Below, piece after piece: positions 1 to 10,923 of a stretch of DNA of 64,000 bases; position 1 is the stretch's first letter; every line of letters begins with the position of its first letter. Origin of the DNA: the human T2T-CHM13v2.0 reference genome, Homo sapiens. Where the stretch lies: assembly GCF_009914755.1 (NCBI RefSeq), contig NC_060938.1; one strand, written 5' to 3'. A program made the position numbers and the translations under genes. A model generated the notes under the pieces. It saw nothing but the letters and a program-made list of their open reading frames with translations. It had not been told where the DNA came from and searched no databases.

Positions 1-420
1 TGCCTAGGCATGGAACTGCGAAACTTCCTTGACTGCAAATTCTCTGCATGGGGGAAGTGGGTGGCCTAAACTCCTAATTCAGTGGGGTGGGTGCTCCAGA
101 TGCCTGGAGATCTACATAGGGATGAACTACAGAGGGCCCACTGTACCACAATCTGCATAGGAAGGGTAGGGTGGCAAAGGCTGCTAATCTAGGAGAATAG
201 TGCTTTAAATGCCTGGAGATCTGCCTGGGCATGGAGCAGAGAGGGCTCTGTTGCATCACAATCTCTGCTCAGGAAGAGTGGGGCAGTTCAGGCTGCTGGA
301 CCAGATAAGCAAGTGCTTTGAATGCCTGGAGATCTGCCTGAGTGTAGAGCAAAAAGGGCGCTTTTCCACCACTATCTATGCACAGGCTAGAGTGGGATTG
401 CTCAATTTGATTATCCAGTT
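1..420 (-). mobile_element. Old L1 5' UTR fragment (L1M2/L1PB-type) made of ~110-bp tandem units
   Basis: ATGCCTGGAGATCT recurs at ~100, ~209 and ~322, with a partial unit at 1. Its reverse complement resembles the recalled GCAGATCTCCAGGCAT repeat of L1M2-type 5' ends. Continues off the window edge. Confidence 0.6.
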
Positions 421-552
421 TGTAGTTGTATGCTACCCCCACCCACCCACACACACTCAGGCTCTCGTACCCATATATGCCTGCATTTACACATACATGA
501 GAATCAGAACTACTTTTCCTACATTTTTACCTCTTTAGGCATAAATTTTAAG

Positions 553-747
553 CAGTAGTGCACTGAATACTGCTCCTACTAGTGCATAATTACTATAGTT
601 TCACAAATTTTTAAAGGTGTTTTGCATCACGTTGACAGGTTGAAATTGGTCATGGTAGGATTATTTACAGATGGCTAATCAACAAATGGTACAATTCACA
701 GCTTGTCCTCCAGGTAGGCAGTTAAGCTTTTACCAGCATATCATTAG
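553..747 (-). mobile_element. MER63A-like hAT-Blackjack MITE
   Basis: Degenerate TIRs CAGTAGTGCACTG...CCAGCATATCATTAG and internal GAAATTGGTCATGGTAGGATTATTTACA. 8-bp TSD ATTTTAAG (545-552) / ACTCTAAG (748-755), 6/8 match. Confidence 0.7.
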
Positions 748-802
748 ACTCTAAGCATCAGGAAGGGTCTCTCCTTCTTTCCTTTAGCACTTGTAATACT
801 TA

Positions 803-1009
803 TCATGACATCAAGCAGCACACAAAAAAGCAGTATTTAGGGAGTATTTAGAGAGTGACCACTATTTAGGTTATATTAAGTAACTTAAATTAAGTAACCC
901 ATATTAAGGTAGTGTTTAGGGAGTAACCACTATTTAGCAGTAGTTAGGGATTGGTTGCTCCCTAAATACTTCTTAAATAATGCTTTTTTTGTGCTGCTTG
1001 ATGCCATGA
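803..1009. repeat. Long imperfect inverted repeat (~59-bp arms, ~90-bp spacer)
   Basis: 803-861 matches the reverse complement of 952-1009 with 7 mismatches and 1 indel. Confidence 0.9.
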
Positions 1010-2007
1010 GTTTAGCCTAGATAGATAAATAAATTTGTGGAAAGGAAAGACACTTTCTGCTTTGCACTGAGGCACCAGTTTCTTTAAGAGTTCCCAAGAG
1101 AAGGTAGGCCCTTTAAAGTTTTTCCAGAGGGGTTGACCCTCTTGGACTGGTCTCTGGCTGATTTCCTAGGACACTGCCTGCTGCTTCATGCTCAGCACTC
1201 CCTGCTGACATCTGGGGAACCGAGTTGGCAGCACACATGCTAAATGTAGGCCAGAAGCCTACAAGGTGCATAACTATCCTGCTGATGCTGTTTCCTCAAC
1301 TCAGAACGGTTTTCACGCATTTTCGTATATTAGGTGTATTGGACAGCATGCACCTCGTGCCCTAGTTGGATGGAGGTTTTTAAACAATGTGCTATTGGAT
1401 TGGTGGCTTCTCTACTATAATTCCTTAAGGAATTTTACTTAGCTACATTCACATTTTAATCCTACCCTTAGAGTTCTATCTTAAGTGACACCTGGCATCT
1501 TTTTCTTTCTCATTCTGTTAGCTATAATAATTCCAATGTTTAACGTCGGGTCTATTAATATATTTCCCAGGATTGTTTTGGAGTTCAGGGAAACAGATTA
1601 TGTCCCAATGTCAGCACTTTTTCAAGATGTGACTTTGGGGAAATAATTAAATCCTGCTGTCTGTGAAATGGGTGTCAAGATTTCTTTCCAAAAGGCCTCT
1701 TGAGGAAATTGTGCAAATAAGTAAGACCATGTGAGATGTTTTATACTTCATGAATAATATATTGCATACATGGAAATACAAAAATGCCATTTCGAGATTT
1801 ATGCAAAGTTCTTTTTTCCCTCGTAGTTTCTTCTCTACTTGGATATTCCAATGCATCTTGCTGCCTCTCTTGACCACTCCTATGTTAAGCCATTTGCTGC
1901 TCTCATGCAAGTTGAGATTACTGTTCTGCCACTTAGTGTTGCTTTGAACATTGATCTTTTCAAATCTATTGACCTTGTTTCAGTATTGTACTGAAATTAT
2001 CATAACT

Positions 2008-2314
<307 letters not shown>

Positions 2315-2821
2315 TTATCATAACTAAGTCTTGAAATGGTCTCCTCAGAATAAGACATGGGGTTTCTAACAACTCCTTCTCTATCACCCTGCTCTAACCA
2401 CTTTAGACCTAATGAGATCTTTTGTAAGTCTCAAATAAACTAAGCTGTGTGTGATCTGTATTTCCCTCCTGTATTGGTTTCTGACACCATCTGCTTCACT
2501 GCTTCAGCAACCGAAACCTGGAATGGACTCTTTGACTTCTTGCCAGTGACATTCAATAGGAAGAAAAAAAATAACAAAAGAGACTGTAGAGCAAAATGGA
2601 ATAAGCAGCACCTGGGGATAGTGTTGATGGGATTGCACAACCTTTCTTGTTTGTTGACTAGTTTAAATGGAAATTTCAAGCTGCTCTTCTGAGTAAATGT
2701 TTGTGTTGTTGTTTTCCAGTCTTAACATGGCCTGTTTGGTTTCTTTTGACTCTCACTACTTTGTATGACTTCTGTACCCCTTATTTTCCCAGGTTTTGCT
2801 AAACATAGAAAAATGAATGAT

Positions 2822-2871
2822 TTTTAACAACCAGGGAGTTGTTAAAAGTTAACAACTAGGGAGTTGTTAAC
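2822..2871. repeat. Two tandem palindromic units
   Basis: TTTTAACAAC-CAGGGA-GTTGTTAAAA followed by GTTAACAACT-AGGG-AGTTGTTAAC. Each has a perfect 10-bp stem. Confidence 0.9.
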
Positions 2872-3049
2872 AAGCGGTTGAGTTTAATTTCACCTTTATT
2901 TGGTTATAAGGATTCAATTCACTAGCCTTCTAACCCCACCCATCTCAGTCTTCTTCCTACTTTTCAGTTAGATGGTCAAGCCATGAAGTGACTGCTTTCT
3001 TTTGGCCTCCTTGTTTAAGAATTTCACTTCCCTCATTTGCATAATTTAT

Positions 3050-3526
3050 TAGGATGACTGTATTAGTCTGTTCCCACATTGCTATGAAGAGATACCTAGA
3101 CTGGGTAATTTATAAAGAAAAGAGGCTTAATTGACTCACATTCTTCATGGCTGAGAAGGCCTCAGGAAACTTACAGTCATGGAGGAAGTCACCTCTTCAC
3201 AGGGCAGCAGTAGAGAGAATGAGTTCCAGCAGGGGAAATGCCAGATGCTTAGGAAACCATCAGATCCCCTGAGACTCGCTCACTATCACAAGAACAGCAT
3301 GGGGGAAACTGCCCCCATGATTCAATTACCTCCCACCAACTCCCTCCCACAACACGTGGAGATTATGGAGATTACAATTCAAGATGAGATTTTGGTGGGT
3401 AAACAGCCAAACCATATCAATGACCAATCATCCAGATCGGTCAGGGACTTTCTTGGATTTATTACTAGAAGCCAACATTCTGGAAAAACCCCAGTCCTGG
3501 ACAAGCCTAGATGGTTGATCACCCTA
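3050..3526 (+). mobile_element. MER81 MITE interrupted in its left TIR by a THE1 LTR
   Basis: With the LTR removed the sequence reads TAGGATGAC|CAATCATCC...GGTTGATCACCCTA, matching MER81 TIRs TAGGGTGACCAAC...GTTGGTCACCCTA. Confidence 0.7.
3059..3419 (-). mobile_element. THE1 (C-like) MaLR solo LTR
   Basis: TGTATTAGTC...AACCATATCA termini, 361 bp, perfect 5-bp TSD ATGAC. Confidence 0.92.
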
Positions 3527-3619
3527 CTTCAGATTCATCAGCTGAGGAATATGAAATGAATGTTACATCATACTTTGCTGCATTCAGTCTTTCAATTGAA
3601 CTTAATCTTGTGTTTCCTA

Positions 3620-3813
3620 CCAGATAGATAAACAATAGCCCATCAATCACATTTAGCCTTAGACCTGTTTTAGTACAGCCTATGACCTAAGAAGTTTTTT
3701 TACATTATTAATGAGTTGATTTTAAATAAAATGAATATAAAACAGAGACGATGTGGCCTGTGAAGTGAAACATTCACTCTCTGGTCCTTTACAAAAAATT
3801 TTGCTAATCCATG
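3620..3813 (-). mobile_element. MER58-family hAT-Charlie MITE (degenerate)
   Basis: ACAGAGACGATGTGGCCTGTGAAG...CTGGTCCTTTACAAAAAATTTTGCT resembles the MER58 terminus. Confidence 0.6.
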
Positions 3814-5039
3814 GATTAAACACTTCTTCCTTTGTAATGCACCAAGTTTTGGGATTCTTAACTGAAGTCTATTTTGCTAATGAGATGCATGGAGAACATA
3901 GTGATTATTAAGATTATTGAAAGCAGGTTTTAGGAATGACTGTCACACCATTCCTTTAATTGTTAATATGTTGTTTATTATTCTGAAGAAAAAAGCAAGC
4001 AGTGTATTTGGAGCAGAACTGGCACAGAATTTTGTTAAGTTGCTTTTAATTTAATAATAACCAAATCATAGCCTCTGCACATATGTGGCTAACAGTTTTT
4101 CAGTACACATTGTGAATGATCTCCCAATATCTATATGCTATAGATGATTAGTCTGAACCCATAAACCATTCATAGTGAAGAGAAAACATGTGTTCTAAAT
4201 TTGCCCAATCAGACTGAAAGAAAGGCTTGACATTCTGTGGATATTAACAAAGATGTATGTGCACCTGGAGCATGCACCTGGCGATCGCACCTGTGCTTAA
4301 GTTTAAAAATTTGATACATCAAGGAAGTTTCTACCTGTCTCTACATTGTCTGTGAAATAGGCTTTTCTTTTCTTTTTTCTTTCTTTTTTTTTTTTTTTTT
4401 AGCTCAGACTGTAGAGAGAAATGAAATCATAGAAATTGAAGCCTGTTGAGTTGACTTTCTGTTGCAACTGCGGCCACATGAGAAGTCTGCTTTGTATTCT
4501 TAACATCAGAATAATTCTTATTGAATCAGATCTTTTTGTTATCTCTTTCTTATATTACTCAAGAGTAACTCTTTCATAATTATAACACAAAACTGCCCGG
4601 TGTAACTTTTCCCTTGTTACTCTAATAAAGGTATATGTACCCTGTTAAAACAATTAGAAGATATTCATCTATGATATCTATTTCATTTTGTATTCTTTCC
4701 AATGTAGTATTTTAAAAAATCACATACAAATCCCTAAAGTTCCCAAATGCTTTATTCTGAGACTAGGGACAAGCTTTCAATTCTAATGAGAAAGGTTTTA
4801 AACAGTAGAATTGTAAAGGTTGTTTTTGTTAATTGCTCTTTGAAATTTGAAGTAGAGATAGCCTATCTCCATTCTTTTTACAGTATCCTTTGCTGACACT
4901 CCCATGTGGCTTTGTGTAGAACAATGATCCATAGCCAGGATGCCCACAGGTAAGAAGGCTCTTTCTTTCTACTTCTCTATATTTTCTAGCTAAAACTTTT
5001 TTCAAAATTGCTAACAGCATAAGAACCTAGTCTAATACT

Positions 5040-5205
5040 GAGGCTGTTAACTAGTGATCAGTTGATTCCTAGTGAGTTCATAAACAGGCTTTAAGAAATA
5101 TCTTGAAAATGTATGCAATGAATATGTTCATTTTGGGGGAGGCGAGTACAAGCTTTGATAACATTCTCAGAGGGGGCCCTGGTGAATAAAGGTACAAAAC
5201 GGTTT
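5040..5205 (-). mobile_element. Charlie4z-like MITE (degenerate), followed by a MIR fragment to ~5340
   Basis: TTCATTTTTGGGGGAGGCGAGTACAAGCTTTGATAACATTCTCAGAGGGGG resembles the recalled Charlie4z core. Confidence 0.5.
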
Positions 5206-5922
5206 TAAACCATTCATTCTACAGATGGATAAACTGAGGCATCAGTGACTCTGGGACTGATCATTATCACCCAACTAATAAAAAGTAGAAGGCCAAAATG
5301 AAAGATATCTGACTTCTAGTCTGGGGTTCTTGTTCTTATTACTGGAACACGTATGTGGCAGGGGTTCTCTGGGGGGTGGGTGAGTGAAATATTTCTCAGA
5401 TGCATACTTCTCTCAACTCAATGTGAGTCTCAGTGTAGGGTAGGCTTTCCAGAAATGTGAATGATTTTTTCATGTGGCTTGGGAAACCAGTCTTGTTCTT
5501 CCATATGTCCAAGCCTGGTATATGACAGAATTGTGCTCATTGTTACAGTGAATACATTAACAGATGATCTCATAGCTTTAAATATTTAAATTGAAACCTA
5601 CAAAATTCAAAACGTAGCTTAAAAATTAGCTATTATTTAAGTTGCCATCTGTAGATAAGTTGAAACCTGTGCCAGTCTAATTAGCAATCAGGAATATGGT
5701 AATTGCTTTTGGCATATGAATGTGGAGAACTTCCCCAGAGTAAAATAATGCCAAGTTGTGCATTTCTGGGTCTTTTTTTTTCAAATTGACAGTGTTAATA
5801 TTCTAATAATATATTACTTGGCATTCTGTTTGAGGCTTTAAAGAGAGTTTTTGTTTTCATTATTTAACAGAAGAATATAATCTATCAATCAATCTGTTAT
5901 CATCTATCTCTCTTAAGTGTCG

Positions 5923-6080
5923 AGCAAAGTTTGTTAACTTGGGCTCAGCCTTTTGGAAAAGAAAATTCTTTGTTGTGGTACTGTCCTATACAATGTAGCA
6001 GTATCCCTGGCCAATACCCACTAGATGCTAGAACCCTCCTACCCACAACTAAAAGCTAAAATGGCTGTAGACATTGCTTC
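5923..6080 (+). mobile_element. MER20 hAT-Charlie MITE
   Basis: AATTCTTTGTTGTGG...GCAGTATCCCTGGCCAATACCCACTAGATGC...AGACATTGC. Confidence 0.7.
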
Positions 6081-7574
6081 CAGATGAGGAAACAGGTATA
6101 GTTGCATTTATTCTATAAATGGTGACTTCTTGAACATAATAAAGCATGTGATTAATGCTTCTAGGAAACTGGCTTCCCAAAGTTAACAGAAAAAACATGG
6201 TAGGGCTCATGCTTAGTTTGCAGGACCCACTGGTGATATCATATTTTTTCCAGAAATAACATTGTATTCTTCTTTGATATATATGTGCAACATGTTTTTT
6301 ATTTACACGAACAATTATTACAGTTTACTGATTTACTAACTTGTTTTACTGTAAGTGTTCAACTTTTGCATGGTTTATGTTTTTCCCTTTATTCGTTTTC
6401 ACAATTAAAATTCCTTTCACATAATAACATATGTGTGTGTATATATATATACATTAGCAGAGTAATGATGATTATGAGATATTTCACAATTGCATAAGTT
6501 AAGTCTTCATTGAAGTAGCAGCTGTTTGTGGTTGGATGGATGCTCTCAGCTGTCAGAATGACTATCTCTTTGGGAGCATGTAGATGTTTACCTGGGTGTG
6601 GCCCCTGGCCTTTGCAAAGTTTCTTCTCTCTATGCTGGGAGTTGCTAGAAAACAAGGAGCTAGAAAGGACCATTAAAAGGAGTAAATAAGTATTTTGTCA
6701 CACTGCTAGGCAATCTCGCAAAAAAGCCTCCATTTCCATCATCTATTTTCTTATAAAATTACGTTTCTATTTAGCCTTTCAGATATTCCACTTTCAGGTA
6801 CATTTTCAGGTACATGTTTTGTAAGAAAGTGGAGAGCTGCTTTTATTTTCTTTATATGTATGATAAAAAATACTCAGCAGATGCAGATAGTTTTATTTAT
6901 ATATATACATATTTTCTTTTTCCCACTATTCCTTTTTGTTCTGGCCAGGCCATGGAGATGTCCCAAATTATCTTCTAGACTCAGCCTTGATATTATGATC
7001 CTTAATCTGATAGTGACCTCTCAAGTAGCAATTCTCAGTTATTTGGTTATGAAAAAGCCCCCTCTTTGGAAACTAGTATCATCTTTCTTTGTGTCACCTT
7101 GTTGGAGGAGCAATGGAATCTAATTATCCTTTACAATGATTTGTGAAGTAGCAAATGGGTTTGACATCTGTTCAGCAATTCTGAAGACAGCCCATTTTTA
7201 TTTTTACCCCTATGGAGCTAAAGTCATCATAGATTGTGTCTTTTGGCCTTCCTTTTGTTCTTTGTTATAGCCTTGTGATAGTCTAAGAAAAGTTGATTTA
7301 AAAAACTAAAAGGAGGACTAGGGATGAGAATAGGAATTACTTTTTATTATAATGCAAGAAGAGCAGTGTTTGGCCCTAAGCATTTCAATGAGAGATCAGG
7401 ATAATTAAGCAATCAGTGTTGTTATAGCAATATTTGTTATTAATTAAATGATATTTTTGAGCCCCTATTATGTGCCATATATTTTTCTAGGCGTTGAAGT
7501 TGAGGTTATAAATCATGCACACAATTTCCTTGCTTGCACAGAGCAGCTAGACAATAAAGAATGAAACCAAAATA

Positions 7575-7652
7575 TTAGGTTAGTGCAAAAGTAATTGTGG
7601 TTTTTCCTTTGAAACAATGGCAAAACCCACAGTTACTTTTGCACCAACTTAA
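7575..7652. mobile_element. MADE1 mariner MITE (full length)
   Basis: TTAGGTTAGTGCAAAAGTAATTGTGGTTTTT...AAAACCCACAGTTACTTTTGCACCAACTTAA, with TA TSD at 7573-74 and 7653-54. Confidence 0.95.
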
Positions 7653-7815
7653 TACAAGTAAGACAATTACTGATAGTGAAAATTACTGTAAAAAGAGTAA
7701 CAGAGTCTACTATGATGAAGAGGGGGGCACGGGATGCTCCTTCAGAGGATCAGGAGACAACATTTAAAATGAGTTTTGAATAAAAAGGAGTCAGACCTGC
7801 AAATGCTGGGGTAGT

Positions 7816-8395
7816 TGAAGGGGAGCAGAATATGCCACCCCAAAATATGCTACTTTGGCATAAGGATTATTTTGTGTGAAGGGCAATTGAGAAAGAGTGG
7901 GCACAAAATGCTCTGCCCTCTCACTTTCTGTCTAAAAGAGCGTACATTTACCTTTGTAAAGGTGACAAATTTCCATTTGCAAAGGTATTCCCCTCTCCAG
8001 TGCTGTGAGAAGGATATTCTTAATCACTGAAGAGGACTCTTATCACAGGATATGACACCAAAGTGAGTCTGCATAATAAGCTTTATTAAGCAACTTTTTT
8101 CTATCATATATTTCCTGGTCATCTGCCCACAGTTTACCATCCCTGGATGTCCAGTTCCCATCCTTCTTTGTCTAGTCACTTGTTCACAATTTATATCCCT
8201 TTGTTAGAATGGTATATAAGCTCCCAGTCCAACTGCTTCTTTGGGTTTTGTCTTTCTTTCTGTGTAGTCCCCATGTGTGTAAAATAAAAGCAATTAAATG
8301 TGTATGACTTTTCTCTTAATTTGTCTTCTGTCGATTTAATCCATGACTACAATTTCAAAACCTAAGATGGTAGAGAATTTTTTTTTCCTCTCTCA
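7816..8395 (+). mobile_element. MER34-family ERV1 solo LTR (MER34A-like)
   Basis: Starts TGAAGGGGAGCAGAATATGCCACCCCAAAATATGC. TATA (GTATATAAG) and AATAAA present. Ends AACCTAAGATGGTAGAG...CTCTCTCA. Confidence 0.8.
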
Positions 8396-8739
8396 AAGCA
8401 GGAAAACATTTGCCCAAAGAAATAACTGCATAGTTTCCGAGCCAGGAGCAAACTTAGCATGTTTAAACAGAAAGAAGTAAAATAAGTGAGGTTTGAAAAG
8501 TAGATAAGGGCTAGATCAAGGATGGTTTTATAGCTTATGGAATGATGATTGGGTTTTTGAAAAATATGCTCATTTATTTATTTTGGTCTAAAGTGCGAAG
8601 AAACTACTGGAAAAGCTAAGCAAGAAAATAACATAAACCTTATTTTATTTATTTGTTAAGACATCACACTGGCTGTTCTGAGAAGAATGAATGACAAGAG
8701 ACAAAGAATGAAAGGAAGGCAAAGATTCTGGGAAGATGA

Positions 8740-9346
8740 TGTTAGGACTCAGAAAACAACACCCCAAAATAAAAGCCTCAGAAGCAATAGTTTTTCTCTG
8801 ATCTTTTCCTGCACTCGTCTCTCAGTTCAATTCTCCTCCAAGGCTAGCCATAGAAACTGAGTTCCTTTTCCCCAAAGCCAGCCATGAAAACTAAAAATGT
8901 TACTCTAATTTTCCCCTCACCTTTCTGTGTAAACAACTGGCCATAAAGAAGTTATCTGACCTACCTTGTTTGAATGGGAGTCATAAGCCCCCATTCCAGA
9001 GAGGATCCTGTCCCATACCCAGAAGGAACAAATGCAGGCTCAGAGATGCTAAAAAAGCATCTATACAAATGGGCCTTGCTGGATTTCCCCACTCAGTCTA
9101 TTGGCATTAGATCATACCCTTTTTGTTCAGTTGTATTTCTATATTGTTGTCAATAGTTTGTTAGGCCTAAGTGTAAAAATGGACAATTTTCCCTATATTT
9201 TGGAGTATTCATTCTGAAGGCTCCCATGTCACATAAAACTATGATCACACATTTACATATGCTTTCTCCTGTTAATCTGCCTCTTTGTCAGTGATTTTCA
9301 GTGAACTTTCAGTGAGCAAATGAGAAGTTGTCCCTTAGCCTTGACA
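8740..9346 (+). mobile_element. MER39-family ERV1 solo LTR
   Basis: TGTTAGGACTCAGAAAAC...CCCTTAGCCTTGACA with 4-bp TSD ATGA. Confidence 0.85.
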
Positions 9347-9463
9347 ATGACAACAGTCCCAGAACTGTTTCTTCAGTCACTTAAGAGCTGCCACATAAAA
9401 ACCAACAGAACAGCTATAGATGTCAAAACAACAATATTTAGAACAAAATATGGTGATGAGTTA

Positions 9464-9951
9464 CTTATGAGAAAAAAATATTCAATGATATTTGCTAAAG
9501 CATGGCAAGGCAGACTTAATTCAGGACCCCTATGATAGACATAAGGACCACCACAAATGAATTTTGCAGTAGTGAAGACAGACTGGGTTCAGTTCCAAAT
9601 ACAGCATGGACAAGTGAGAATTTATAGTCAATTAATGGAGTGGGAATCAGCAGATAAAAAAATTACGAAGACGAAACATCACGAGGAAGGAGGATTTTAG
9701 CTAAGCCTACCTAACAGAATTCTTTCTGTTACAAGACAGGCCTGTGTGATCAGACATCAGCTGGGGGATGGTGGAACATGAGGAACCTGATCGGATATCC
9801 AGGGTGGGGAGTACTCGCTAGGAGGATTCTAGCTAAACACACCTAATGGGATTCTTTAAAACTGGATTCTACAAAACTGGATTCAACAAGGGAGTTCACA
9901 GATGGGCCAAGGAGCCTGATTAAAGTTTGGTCAAGCAAAGAATTTTTGTTA
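9464..9951 (-). mobile_element. MER31-family ERV1 solo LTR
   Basis: The reverse complement starts TAACAAAAATTCTTTGCTTGACCAAACTTTAATCAGGCTCC, like the MER31B 5' end. Confidence 0.75.
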
Positions 9952-9986
9952 GCATCCCTGATAATTCACAAATTCAAGAAAGTGGA

Positions 9987-10335
9987 ATTGGGTGAGGGGC
10001 CCCCTGTCCCCTCCCTCCCCACTTCCCTGTAGTCACAGCTGCTCAGAAGACTGAGGCAGAAGGATGGCTTGAGCTTTACAGATCTGGGCTGTAGTGCACT
10101 CTGCAGATCAAGTGTCTCCACTAAGATTGCCATCAATATGGTGACTTCCTGGGAGTGAGGATGCCCCAGGTTGCCTGAAGAGTGGGGAATTGGCCTACAT
10201 AGAAAACAGAGCAGGTCAGAACCACCATGCTGATTAGTACAGGGACTGCACCGGTGAATAGCCAGTGCACTCCATCCTGGACAACACGGTGAGGTACTGA
10301 CTCTTTAAAAACACAAATAAATAAGAAACTAAAAG
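9987..10335 (+). pseudogene. 7SL (SRP RNA) processed pseudogene
   Basis: Alu-domain ends plus S-domain sequence (CATCAATATGGTGACTTCCTGGGAG...GAGCAGGTCAGAACC) and A-rich tail. 11-bp TSD AAGAAAGTGGA at 9976-9986 and 10336-10346. Confidence 0.92.
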
Positions 10336-10923
10336 AAGAAAGTGGAGATAATTAACAGGTATGCTAGTGGTAGGTGTGGGCTAAGGGAGTAGAGGGAAGT
10401 AATGAGATGGGGGGAATTTTAGACCAGCAGCTCTGAAAGAAAGGGTTTGTCTTCTCCACTGCTGGGTGAGTGCAAGGGCATGTGTTAAGGACTGAAGAGT
10501 CTAGAATATTCTAATGTCTTTGAGTTGCCTTTCTAGAGCTCCTTTCTAGGCCAGGGTCTCATACAGAGGAGAAACTGCTGTAGGAGCGAAATCAAAATCC
10601 AACAGTATAGTCTCCATCAGAGACTAAGGAAGGTGAAGTCTTAGACCACAATAAGGGTGGAGAACAGATTTAGGACATCTCAGTTAGAAAAGCCACCCTA
10701 TTTTAGAAGACTATACTCACACCACAGAAGAGGCTGAAGCTTGAGAAGCTTTCCTGAATTCTGTGTCTTTCTAAAAATTCAGAAACAATAATTTCTGAAA
10801 AATATCTAGAGTGATAGAGCCTCACTGTTAGTAGGTAAGTGAATGTGGGAAAAATAGAGCAGCAGATGACACAGGTGAGTTAAAAAGTACAGTGGTTAAA
10901 GCAGTCTATAGATCATCTGCCTG

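Larger units (their letters stand above)
7430..8735 (-). mobile_element. L2 3' fragment interrupted by MADE1 and a MER34 LTR
   Basis: ATATTTTTGAGCCCCTATTATGTGCC tail motif and downstream L2-like purine-rich segments (e.g. ATCACACTGGCTGTTCTGAGAAGAATG). Confidence 0.6.

Noticed and set aside
2822-2871. CRISPR-like palindromic repeats
   Set aside because: Only two abutting units with no spacers and no cas genes, in eukaryotic DNA.
5923-9346. MER20 plus MER39 as the decidual prolactin promoter arrangement
   Set aside because: The elements are ~2.7 kb apart with other repeats between them, and no prolactin exons are recognisable.
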